Shown piece after piece: positions 18,720-28,254 of a stretch of DNA of 45,907 nt; positions within the stretch are counted from its first letter, which is position 1, and every line of letters begins with the position of its first letter. Location: the sequence record SRR2962707_2488; one strand, 5' to 3'. A program made the position numbers and the translations under genes. The notes under the pieces were generated by a model. It searched no databases and had not been told where the DNA came from. It worked only from the letters and a program-made list of their open reading frames with translations.

Positions 18720-21700
18720 TCAGTTGCCGAGGAAACCGTCGAGCTGGTTCCAAAGGGAATTGTCGAGCAACAGGTTAAAGCGGAGATAGAAACCTTCTTG
18801 GTAAAGTGCATTTTGCCCCGCCAGCGTTTCACCCGCCTTGTTGTAGCCAACCGCCAGCAGCGTGCCCTTGGTCGGGACGAATCCGAACTCGGCACCCAAT
18901 CCGTTGGTCGAGTTGCCAGTGCTATCCCAAAGATGCGCCACGTTTGCACCGACCTGAAACAGGTCATTCCCGAACTCATAGTTTACGCCCGCCTGCACCA
19001 ACTGGGTCCGCGACTTAGCCGCGATGCCACCCGACACGTCGATCGCTTGGTGCTGACCGGCGTATTTGCCGTTCACACGCAGATCGGCATCGACCTCGTA
19101 AGAGGCATTCGCCGACCACAGATGGCTTTCGGTCCGGTTGTACTTTTCCTCAAGGCGATGCTCGTACCAAGCGAGAACTTCGAGGCGCGGGTCGCTCAAC
19201 GGGCGGTAGGCCGCCCCGACGCGGGTGCGCATCCGCCGTTGGCTCTTGCCGTTTCGATTGTCCAACGCGGCCCGCGTGCGGCCCAGTACAGTCAGATCGG
19301 GTGTGACCTGCCCGGCAAGGCCCAGGCTGGCGTAATAGGTTTCGCCGGAATCTTCGGACGTGGCATCGAAATCCGCGTCCCCGATCCATTCACCATCACC
19401 GCCCCCCCATTTCACCCCAACGGCCAAGCTGGTCAGTTCGGTCTCGTTCGCGTCCAGCAGACGCGCATGTTCGATGCCTAGATCAAGCGTCGTCGTCTTG
19501 TTCAGTTTAAAGTCGGCATTCAGCCCCTGAATATAGGTCGTGTCGGTGTCACCCGGGCTACGGGCCAGTTCGGTCCGACCGCTGAGCCATTCGTTCATCT
19601 CGAAGGTAAAGCCAAGCGTGTTGCGGGACATCACGGCGTCGTCGCCAAAGTGTAGTTCGACCTCGTTATACGCACGCCAGCCCAGTTTCGGTTCGCTGTA
19701 AAGGCCAAGCGTCAGTTCGGTTGCCGCGCCGCTGCCCCCAAGGGGTTGGCGCAATTCGGCCTCGATCACAGTGCCGGCCCGGTTCTGCGGCGACCAATGG
19801 GCACCCAAGACCAGTGCCGTGTCGCTTTCGTTGTGATTTTGCGTAAGATTTTGGCGATGATCAAAGCCGATGCGGCCGCGCAGTTGCTTACTTAGGGTGC
19901 GCGCATAAAGCGCTTCGAACTGCAGGCGTTTGGTGTCGTTGATCCGGTCGCGGACGTATTCGGCAGCCAGTGTCAGGTCACTTTTGCGGTTGATCGCGTA
20001 GCCGTAGCTCAGCCGGATTTGGGTGCTGCCGGGACGGGCAAGCCCACCGCGCGCCAGAAAGTTTTCTCCGGTATGGATCGCCTCGAAGCTGAGCCGCTGG
20101 CGCTCTACCTGCAGCTCGTAAGATAACCGCGCGGCAGTGTCGGCTTCGCCCAGCGCGTTCTCTGAGCGGGCCAGCTCCGCCTCCCAGACCCCGCCGGTCG
20201 TGTCCTCGTGGCGAATGTATCCCGACTGCAGCCGCTCGCGGGCCGGGTTGCCGATTGGGGCGTCGGCATGCACCGCGCGGGCACCGATGGTCGTACGTTC
20301 GCCCACGGCGTAATTCGCCTCGCCGCCATAAAGCCAGTACTTTTCAGCACCCTCATTTTCGACCTCATAGGTGACACGGATCGACACCGGATTGCCGTCC
20401 AGATGGAACTGGCGGACGGGCGCGTCAAAGGTGATTGTGTTGCGAAAGAAATCGAGAATGTAATCCGTCCCCCGACGCATCGGGGTGCTCGTCAGGACAT
20501 CGTCACCCTGTTCGTCGCGAACCAGAACTTCTACCCTCTCTGAGCCTTGTACATAGCCGCTCAAATTCAAATCATAGGGACCCGAAACGCCGCGACCGCG
20601 GATTTCTTGCACCATCTGTTCCTGCGCCGTGCGGGCCCCAAAGACAGTGACCGACACCTTGTCGTTTTCCCAATGGCCCTTTGCCCCGGTGGCGACACGG
20701 CGCATCCCGTCCAGTTTGAACGCGCTGGATTCGGGTTCGATGGCGATGTCACCGTACAGGATGTAGGACCGGCCCTTTTCCACTTTGACGAAAAGGTTTT
20801 CCGACGATTGCGCGTCTTGACCCCGTTCGGAATTATCGCCGTAGACCGGGTAATACTGGTCGCCGCGGATGTCGCGGAACAGACGATCTTCGGTGTCGCG
20901 GTCCGAGCTGTAGCGCAGGGTCAACAGCGCATCGCCACGGATCGCACCTTTCAGGTAGACCTCGCCGCGCACGCCGGTTGCCGTGTCCTCAAAGGAACTG
21001 AACTGGTCTTTGTCCAGCAATCCGTCGCTGTTCTTGCCCAGCGATACAGCACCTTCGATCACACCAATTAGAATGCGTTCGTCTAGGTCAGGGGTAAAGA
21101 TAATGGTCGCCTCTGTGCTGCCAAATGCCCCCGTCACAGTAACAAGATCCGACCCCGATACTTGCGGCGGGATCAAGTCAAATGTCGCCTCGCCATTGTC
21201 GAGGTACGCCTGCACGCCGGGGGTGCCCGCACGAATATCGTCTACGTCCCACAAGCCCAAGCGCGCATGCAGCGTCACCGTCCCCGAGGCCGGAACCGGC
21301 ATCCCGCGCACGTCGAGTACACGCACCACGACGGGCACCACTGAGCCGGGCGAGGCCGAGGCAGTTTCCGGCAGGATGATCTCGTATTTTGCGGGGGTGC
21401 CCGGTGCCATCAGGGTGATGTCTTTGCGCGCACGTTCGATGCCGAACCCGTCCCTACCGATCAGGGTCAGCGTGTTTTTTCCCGCGCCCAGTTTAACGGC
21501 TATGTATTCCAGCGCTTGGACATTATTTTTCTCCCAGCTGGTACGTTCGCCAATACGGTCAGCGCCAAGTTCGCGACCGTTCAGCAACAGCGCCAGCGTG
21601 AGGTCGGCCTTGCCCTTCACCCGGATGTTCTGGGTGTTGCGGTCGACGGTCTGACCCTCCGCAAGGTCAACGAACCCCAGTTCGGAACCCAGTGTCCGGA

Positions 21701-24458
21701 TCATCTCGTCCAGTGATTGCCTCCGGGCCGCCGCTGCGGCCACGACGGCGACATTTGCGGCCAGCGCCTTGTCTGCGGTCAGCATGTTAGGGGTCAGCTG
21801 GGTTGTCGTCGCGATACCGGATTCCCCGCGCGAAGAACGGTTCGGTGCGCGCGCGCCTTCGATTGGCATATCGGCGGCGTTGAGTGAATTTACCTTCTGG
21901 TTATCTTTAAAATGCTCGCGACGCTCTGCGACTTCGACCAGCGCCTCGGGGGTGCATTCGGCCACGGCAAAGTGTTCTGCGCGCATTTCACCGCGACGCA
22001 GCGGGATCAAACGCGAGCCACCCTGCCCGAGATCATTGGTGCGTGTAACCTGAACGCGGGTGTCTTTGGGCAAGGTTTCATTCTGCACAAGAAACGCATG
22101 GGTGACCGGACGCAAACCATAGAGCGAGTATTTTCCGTCAATGTCGGTGACGACAGTCAGGCCCTCTTGTGTAACGATCCGGACGCCCGGGATGCCGGGT
22201 TCCGACGCATCGCCCCGGATACCATTCGCATCACAATCCATGAAGACCGACCCAATGACCGTACCTTGGCGTGCCAGAACCCCACCGGAATTGTCGAGCC
22301 GGACCATAGCCCGCGCAACGTTGGATTCGCGCAGCGTTCCCGTACCCGCCTGACGACCTGACAGTACGGCGGTGTTTTCGTTGCGCCCCTCGCGTGCGGC
22401 AGCCGTGAAATGCATTACATACGTCAGCTCGTGCTCGGACAGCGGCCCGATCTGGCCAAGATCAAAGCGCATGTCCCCCCCCTGCCCGCGCGCGGGATCC
22501 TCCAGCGGTTCGCCATCCAGCATGACCGATCCCGGCACCAGCGTCACACCATGCGGCGGGCGGTCCAGCAGTTCGGCACCGATAAGCGCCTGACGCATGT
22601 TGTTGCTAAAGCCCAGCGTATAGATCACAAATTCGCCTTGGCTCACGACATCACGGTCAGTCGCCTTCTGCAACGATAGCGGTGTCCCATAGTAGGGGTC
22701 GACGGGAATGTCCGAATTATAGACCATCCCACCGGCGTGGCTAAACGCGTCACCCCAACCTGCCTCGGTCGTGATCCTGGTGAACCCGGAAAAGTCGTTG
22801 CGTGACGATGGGAATACCCATGCCGGCGCGTTGATAACGTCATAGCGGTATGTGCCTGCAGGCATTTGGCCAAAGACGAAGAAGCCGCGTGGATCGGTGA
22901 CGCTGCGCGAAATTTCGCGGTTCAAGGCGACGTCAACCAGTGCGATCGTAATGCCCTCGATTGCCGCATTGGACAGCGAGTTAAATAGAAAATTGCCCGG
23001 ATTGATCAACAGGTCGTCAGTCAGCAACGTGCCGTTGCATCGGGCAGTCGCGATCAAGGTATCGCCATCGGTGGTGGCCATCACGCTATCGCCCGGTGTC
23101 GCGGTGTCCATGCGTGCCATCGGCAAGGCGGAGGTCAAGAAGATGCCTGTGTTTGCGCCGGTCTCGGTCGCGGTCACGGTCTCAATGTCGCCAGTCTGGG
23201 CGCTGCGGATGGTGACCGTCGTCACATCAACGCCAGAGGTCAGGTTACAGCCGCCCGATGTCAGGCGCAGACGGGTATCGGTGCCGGGCGTGCCAAAGGC
23301 TTGCATGGCCCCGGTGGCGGGCTCTTCGAAGTGCAGCGCACCAGAGCTGTCTCCATTGCGGGTAAAGATCGTCGTATTCGACGCCTGCACCGCACTTTGC
23401 CCGTCATTTTCAAGATAGGCAGCCGCCGTGTTCACAACATCCACATCACCGAGCGCAGCAGGCAGGCTGACCGAAAAGACGGGATCGGTCGCACGGCCAA
23501 CGATATAATCGCCTTCAAGAAAGAAACCCACGGCATCGATGTCTTCGACCCGCCCCGGCTGGGCCGTGCGGTAGTCATGTAGCGGATCGCCAGCGCTGTG
23601 AAACAGTGCCACCATGCCGCCGGTCTGGATAAAGCTGCGAAAAACAGTGTTAAGCGGGATCACGTCCCGGACCAGCACGCCGGTGCGGACGACACCGTCG
23701 ATGCGCAGCGTTTCGCCGTCGATGGCGGAATAGCCTATGATAGACTGTTCGGAGTTATTGCGGATCCGCAACGTGTAGTCGATCACAGTCGCCGCTTCGG
23801 TCTCGCGCGCAGATTGAACCTTTTCAATCTCAAGCGTACCGCTGACAATGAGTGTCTTGCCAAGCGCTTGGCCGTTTAGAGGGGCCTGGGTTTCGATATC
23901 GGCATCGGACGACGCGGTCACAAGAAGGGTCGAGCCCAGCGTATCGCCGGGAACCGCATTTTCCGAAACGCGGAATTCATAGATCAGCTGAAGACGCTCA
24001 CCCGCCATCAAAGTAATCGGTGCCGTCAGATCGAATGCTCTTTCGCCATCATCGACAACACCGTTGCCATTCTGGTCTGCCACCAATTGTCCATTTCCGG
24101 TCAGCCCTGCGCCGGTACGGTCTTCGACGCGCATGACCGCATCAAGCGGTACGTTCCCGCTGTTCAACACTTCAAAGTGGTACTGCGCCAACGCGCCACG
24201 GGTGAGCAAAAGTTCGGAGTATCCGGTGATCTCGATGTTCGGCACCGAAAGCACCCTCGCCTCGACCGGGTTGGAGAACACGGTCTCGACGATCCCGAGG
24301 GCGATATTGAAATAGGACGATTGTGCAACGTTGCGGATTAGGGTGCCGCCTGGAACCGGGTCTGCCTTGGATGGCTGGGGAAGAAGACCACACAGCAGCG
24401 CGACGGTCTGGAAGAACGTCGCGACACCGAGGCCCGCTTTCTGAAGACAACTGCGCAC
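18720..24458 (-). CDS. Large DUF11/SdrD-B-like protein with C-terminal outer-membrane beta-barrel (putative fimbrial anchor/usher)
   Basis: Signal peptide ending SKA; DUF11 repeats (LEIEKVQ..IDYTLRIRN, LSLQKAT..VIYTLGFSN); GSVFMDCDANG..EPGIPGV; C-terminal ~780 aa with alternating amphipathic beta-strand pattern. Confidence 0.75.
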   Translation of the reverse strand: MRSCLQKAGLGVATFFQTVALLCGLLPQPSKADPVPGGTLIRNVAQSSYFNIALGIVETVFSNPVEARVLSVPNIEITGYSELLLTRGALAQYHFEVLNSGNVPLDAVMRVEDRTGAGLTGNGQLVADQNGNGVVDDGERAFDLTAPITLMAGERLQLIYEFRVSENAVPGDTLGSTLLVTASSDADIETQAPLNGQALGKTLIVSGTLEIEKVQSARETEAATVIDYTLRIRNNSEQSIIGYSAIDGETLRIDGVVRTGVLVRDVIPLNTVFRSFIQTGGMVALFHSAGDPLHDYRTAQPGRVEDIDAVGFFLEGDYIVGRATDPVFSVSLPAALGDVDVVNTAAAYLENDGQSAVQASNTTIFTRNGDSSGALHFEEPATGAMQAFGTPGTDTRLRLTSGGCNLTSGVDVTTVTIRSAQTGDIETVTATETGANTGIFLTSALPMARMDTATPGDSVMATTDGDTLIATARCNGTLLTDDLLINPGNFLFNSLSNAAIEGITIALVDVALNREISRSVTDPRGFFVFGQMPAGTYRYDVINAPAWVFPSSRNDFSGFTRITTEAGWGDAFSHAGGMVYNSDIPVDPYYGTPLSLQKATDRDVVSQGEFVIYTLGFSNNMRQALIGAELLDRPPHGVTLVPGSVMLDGEPLEDPARGQGGDMRFDLGQIGPLSEHELTYVMHFTAAAREGRNENTAVLSGRQAGTGTLRESNVARAMVRLDNSGGVLARQGTVIGSVFMDCDANGIRGDASEPGIPGVRIVTQEGLTVVTDIDGKYSLYGLRPVTHAFLVQNETLPKDTRVQVTRTNDLGQGGSRLIPLRRGEMRAEHFAVAECTPEALVEVAERREHFKDNQKVNSLNAADMPIEGARAPNRSSRGESGIATTTQLTPNMLTADKALAANVAVVAAAAARRQSLDEMIRTLGSELGFVDLAEGQTVDRNTQNIRVKGKADLTLALLLNGRELGADRIGERTSWEKNNVQALEYIAVKLGAGKNTLTLIGRDGFGIERARKDITLMAPGTPAKYEIILPETASASPGSVVPVVVRVLDVRGMPVPASGTVTLHARLGLWDVDDIRAGTPGVQAYLDNGEATFDLIPPQVSGSDLVTVTGAFGSTEATIIFTPDLDERILIGVIEGAVSLGKNSDGLLDKDQFSSFEDTATGVRGEVYLKGAIRGDALLTLRYSSDRDTEDRLFRDIRGDQYYPVYGDNSERGQDAQSSENLFVKVEKGRSYILYGDIAIEPESSAFKLDGMRRVATGAKGHWENDKVSVTVFGARTAQEQMVQEIRGRGVSGPYDLNLSGYVQGSERVEVLVRDEQGDDVLTSTPMRRGTDYILDFFRNTITFDAPVRQFHLDGNPVSIRVTYEVENEGAEKYWLYGGEANYAVGERTTIGARAVHADAPIGNPARERLQSGYIRHEDTTGGVWEAELARSENALGEADTAARLSYELQVERQRLSFEAIHTGENFLARGGLARPGSTQIRLSYGYAINRKSDLTLAAEYVRDRINDTKRLQFEALYARTLSKQLRGRIGFDHRQNLTQNHNESDTALVLGAHWSPQNRAGTVIEAELRQPLGGSGAATELTLGLYSEPKLGWRAYNEVELHFGDDAVMSRNTLGFTFEMNEWLSGRTELARSPGDTDTTYIQGLNADFKLNKTTTLDLGIEHARLLDANETELTSLAVGVKWGGGDGEWIGDADFDATSEDSGETYYASLGLAGQVTPDLTVLGRTRAALDNRNGKSQRRMRTRVGAAYRPLSDPRLEVLAWYEHRLEEKYNRTESHLWSANASYEVDADLRVNGKYAGQHQAIDVSGGIAAKSRTQLVQAGVNYEFGNDLFQVGANVAHLWDSTGNSTNGLGAEFGFVPTKGTLLAVGYNKAGETLAGQNALYQEGFYLRFNLLLDNSLWNQLDGFLGN

Positions 24459-24505
24459 CAGATTGCTCCTAAATTGAATACGAATTTTGGGGATAGGTCA
24501 GAAAG

Positions 24506-24547
24506 AGGTGCCCCCGGGTAGGTTGGGGGGAACAGCCGGGGGCACCT
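24506..24547 (-). terminator. Intercistronic stem-loop after the 882-aa gene
   Basis: Perfect 12-bp inverted repeat AGGTGCCCCCGG (24506-24517) / CCGGGGGCACCT (24536-24547), followed by CTTTC on the minus strand. Confidence 0.65.
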
Positions 24548-24555
24548 GGGTTCGC

Positions 24556-27204
24556 TTAGTTGCTCACCTGAACAGTGAATTCTAACCTTGCGACCCCACC
24601 CGGCAGGATCGAGCCATGATCGCTCGATACGCTGGTCGAGGTGACCGTTGCGGTGCTACCTGCCGGGAATAGATCCTCGTCGCAAAGGCCGCCACAGTTT
24701 GTCACTGCGGTATATGCGGGCGCTGCGTCAGAGATGACGACGTTGGTTGCGGGAGAAGAGCCGGTGTTCTCTGCCTCGATCATGTAGCGTATGCACTGAC
24801 CGGGTTCGACAGGTTGACGGGTCTTGGTGAACGCGCTGTCCGGCGTAGTGGCACCATCACAATCAGCATCGATCGTCTGATACTTGTTCAGCGTCATATC
24901 CCCCGAGATGATAGTGATCCGGTCCTCGACCGCGTTGTCGGTGGTGTCGGCATCCGTAGCAGTACCCCCGTTCAGCGCCGCCCCGAGGCTGAGCGAACCG
25001 ATTTCGGTTACACCTGGCGTCGCCGTCGACGGTGTCTGCACACGGTAGATCAGCGAGATGCTATCCCCCGCAGCAAGGCCATTGACGCCGGGCGCAATGC
25101 CGTCTGTCAGGTCGTCAAAGTTGTCGATCACCGGCTCGGCTGCATCGATCACCCCGTTACCGTTCACGTCCCAAAAGATCGCGCCCGAGAAGTTGCTTAG
25201 ACCGCTTTCAAGGATTGCCCCTTCGGTGATGACTGTATTGCCTTCGTTGGTGACCGTGTGGGTCAACTCAACGATGCCACCGGGTGCGGCCTGCGCGCTT
25301 TGGTCGTCGATGATCTTTACGTCGTAGATTTCGTTGACCGTGACCTGGTTGACGATGCGGTCACCCTGACCGGACACCGAAGATACCAGCGCGATATCGA
25401 CCAGCGTATCGCTCGGAAGCGTGTCATCAGCCGGAACCACGACAACCTGGAAGGTCGAGCTACCATCTGCCGGAATGGTCCCGGTGTTGGTGGCAATGCT
25501 GCCGTTGGCTGCGCGGAACTCGACAGTCCAGCCATCAGGCAGCGCCTGAGCCAGCGACAGGTTGAAGCTGTCAGAGACCGGACCTTCGTTCTGCACCACC
25601 ATGTCGAACGTGACAGGTTGGCCTGGATCGGTTGTCGTGGTGATCCACGGATCGCCTGCGTTGGTCGGCACCGCGCCATCGCCCTCGACACCTGCAACAC
25701 CGTTCTCAAGATCGACCGTAGCTGCAAGAACCTCTCCGGAGAATTCGGCGGTCGACACATCCGACACGCCTGACGAGTCAGAGATCGTGGTGATCGTCGC
25801 CGTGTAATCGGTGGTGGCGGTCGGTGTCAGGTCGGTCGGAAGCGTCGCGATCAGGGTTACCTTGGCACTGCCTCCGATTGCGAGCGGGCCAATCGAACCG
25901 ACGACCGGGGTCACACCGTCGGCACCGACAAAGCGGAATGTCGTGCCTGCGGGAAAGTCGACGTTGGCGACCTGCAGTGTCATGCTATCGGCCTGATTGG
26001 AAAGATTGGTCAGCACAAACTCCTGACGGATCACGCCGCCCTGATAGACATCTCCGGTCTCGGTCACGATGTCGTTGTTGGCCGCATCATCATCCGTTGC
26101 CGAAGCGATGGTGCCGTTCGCGGTTCCGTCCCCGTTGATCGCCGTATCCGCAACCGCAATCGCGTATTGGTTATCGACCACGATCGAGGCGGTGTTCGAC
26201 GGTGGAAAGGCAACCCCGTCTACGTCTTGGCTGGCCACGTTGGTGATCAGGCCCGCGTTGGCAGTGCTGGCGACAACCGCTTGGAACGTCACGCTGCCAG
26301 AGCGGCCCGAAGCAACGGAAGAGATATTGAAATTAACCGTCTGTCCATCGTCGTAATCCCAGGCGATGGTTTCGCCCGACCCGTTGGTGCCATCGGCAAG
26401 CGTCGAGGCGTTGTCGTCATCCAGCGGGGCTGCCGCGTCGGACCATCGCGCCGATCCCGGCACATAGGACAGATTGCCGTCCAGAACGTCCTGCACCACA
26501 TAGTTATTCGCAGCAGCCAGACCGGTGCTGGAGTAGGTCAGGGTGATGGTCACGGTGTCGCCCGCATCAATGATGTCAGGGTTGCCGCCCGAAGCGGCAT
26601 CCGCGACCATCGACTTGACCAGTTCGACGATGGCGTCGTTCGAAATGGTCAGGGTATCCGTGTTGATATCAAGTTCAGTGCCGTCTAGCGCCGACGTCGC
26701 AGTGATGGTGATCGTGTCGGTGCCAGTCGCGGTCGACGCGACAGAGGCTTCGATGACCACACCGAACTGCTCGCCGGGAGCCAGAACCGGGGTGGACGTC
26801 AGCGGTGTCGCGCTGTCGGCAACGCCGTCCATGTTGGCATCCGGATAGAACACCAACTGCGTCGTATCAAGTGTACCGGTGTCGGCCTCGACCGCAGTCA
26901 GCAAGAAGCTGTCAGCCCCGTTGCCTTCGTTGGTGATGATGTGCGGCAGGAATGCTTTCCCACCGGGTGCAATGGTTTCGGTGTTGTCAGATGTCAGTGT
27001 GACGCCGGCAACCTGCTGCACGATCGTTTCGACCGTGTTCGACGTCACCGTGATCGTGTCACCGGCCGAGTTGGTATATGTCGCAACAGCTTGGTTGCCG
27101 ATAACTGCGCCTGCTTCGGGGGACGCGCCGAACGCAGCAGATCCGAGGGCGGCACCAACGGCTGCCGCACTTGCGGAACGCATGAAGAGAGAATGATAAG
27201 CCAA
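24556..27204 (-). CDS. Secreted multi-Ig/DUF11 protein (putative major fimbrial shaft subunit)
   Basis: Signal peptide ending AFG; Thr/Asp/Gly-rich Ig-like repeats; one complete and one C-terminal incomplete DUF11 domain; AAGGA RBS with TTG start (alternative ATG 27183). Confidence 0.8.
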   Translation of the reverse strand: MAYHSLFMRSASAAAVGAALGSAAFGASPEAGAVIGNQAVATYTNSAGDTITVTSNTVETIVQQVAGVTLTSDNTETIAPGGKAFLPHIITNEGNGADSFLLTAVEADTGTLDTTQLVFYPDANMDGVADSATPLTSTPVLAPGEQFGVVIEASVASTATGTDTITITATSALDGTELDINTDTLTISNDAIVELVKSMVADAASGGNPDIIDAGDTVTITLTYSSTGLAAANNYVVQDVLDGNLSYVPGSARWSDAAAPLDDDNASTLADGTNGSGETIAWDYDDGQTVNFNISSVASGRSGSVTFQAVVASTANAGLITNVASQDVDGVAFPPSNTASIVVDNQYAIAVADTAINGDGTANGTIASATDDDAANNDIVTETGDVYQGGVIRQEFVLTNLSNQADSMTLQVANVDFPAGTTFRFVGADGVTPVVGSIGPLAIGGSAKVTLIATLPTDLTPTATTDYTATITTISDSSGVSDVSTAEFSGEVLAATVDLENGVAGVEGDGAVPTNAGDPWITTTTDPGQPVTFDMVVQNEGPVSDSFNLSLAQALPDGWTVEFRAANGSIATNTGTIPADGSSTFQVVVVPADDTLPSDTLVDIALVSSVSGQGDRIVNQVTVNEIYDVKIIDDQSAQAAPGGIVELTHTVTNEGNTVITEGAILESGLSNFSGAIFWDVNGNGVIDAAEPVIDNFDDLTDGIAPGVNGLAAGDSISLIYRVQTPSTATPGVTEIGSLSLGAALNGGTATDADTTDNAVEDRITIISGDMTLNKYQTIDADCDGATTPDSAFTKTRQPVEPGQCIRYMIEAENTGSSPATNVVISDAAPAYTAVTNCGGLCDEDLFPAGSTATVTSTSVSSDHGSILPGGVARLEFTVQVSN

Positions 27205-27259
27205 TGCAAAGTTTCCTTGATCTTAGTGTTTAAATTCAGAGTTGGGACAGCACGACGGA

Positions 27260-27772
27260 TCAATCGACGCGGACGCGGTATGTGTTGAAGGCGGTTTCGC
27301 CTGCGTTGAGCGGTTCAGAGAAAGTCCAGCGGACAGATGCGATCTCGGCTTCTGGCAGCGGTTCTTCGTTCAGGGTGCCATCAGCGTCCGCCACCATGCG
27401 CATCGCGGGCAGTGTCGACCACTCAAGGCCTTCCTGCTCGGGATCAAGTTCGGCCTGAACCTCGAAAACCGCCTTGACCGAGGTGGTTTCGCCACCAAGC
27501 GTCAGCGTGACGCCTTGGGGCACCGGGGCCGCAATGACGATCCCCGCCATGGCGTCAGTGGTCGTGTTCTCATGGCTCAGTTGATAGTGGATGATTTCGC
27601 CCGGACGGACGGTGCCGCGCTCGGCGAGTTGCTCTTGTCCGTCCTCGGTCACTTCGACGACACGAAACGAAAACGTACTGGAAAGAGCTTCTGCGGAGGC
27701 CGCGAAACCGACCATCGAAAGTGCCGCCCCGGCGAATGCAGCCCGGGAGATCAGGGGGAGATGAATAAGCAT
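27260..27772 (-). CDS. Small secreted DUF11-like protein (putative chaperone/cap)
   Basis: Signal peptide ending AEA; RPGEIIHYQLSHEN...APVPQG...VRWTFSEPLNAGE...YRVRVD. Confidence 0.75.
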   Translation of the reverse strand: MLIHLPLISRAAFAGAALSMVGFAASAEALSSTFSFRVVEVTEDGQEQLAERGTVRPGEIIHYQLSHENTTTDAMAGIVIAAPVPQGVTLTLGGETTSVKAVFEVQAELDPEQEGLEWSTLPAMRMVADADGTLNEEPLPEAEIASVRWTFSEPLNAGETAFNTYRVRVD

Positions 27773-28254
27773 ATATGTTTCCCATTGAGGCCGGGTTCTA
27801 ATCCGACAGTTGCAATCAACGGGCTCAGCACAAGCGCCGCTTATTACTGCATCAAGGGAATTGGATTGAATTGCACTTCAGCAAAAAGGTAGGAACACAG
27901 ACCGAAAGATTTCGCTCTATTCTTTCGAATAGCGCCTCTAACCCATGGCAGCGGAAATACCGGCGAAAAGTCAGGCCCAAGACCGGGCTTCAGCAATGGA
28001 AATCGGGAAAATAAAGACTCAAGCCATTAATTTAAGTCGATAATTTCAATACTAGCGACGAAAACGATTCGTGTGCTCCCCTGTGCGCAGGCTCGTAATC
28101 CTGCACAAGGAGGCGGGCAAAAGGGTAGAAATATATCCCTTTGCGCCATTTTGTATCTATTTGGGTATAGTTCGAATGCGGATGCCTGTTTCCGGCTGAA
28201 GGGAAGGTACCATTATATCCAATTGTACAAGTACCCAACCGCACAGGCCCCTAA

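Noticed and set aside
18552-19481. 309-aa plus-strand ORF
   Set aside because: Antisense shadow of the 1912-aa gene with no recognisable motifs. The same applies to 6662-7447, 30659-31549, 41249-42040 and similar ORFs.
18720-27772. Classical chaperone-usher, type I secretion (RTX) or autotransporter assignment
   Set aside because: No PapC/PapD motifs, no GGxGxD RTX repeats or ABC/MFP genes; the barrel region is far longer than an autotransporter domain and lacks a terminal aromatic residue
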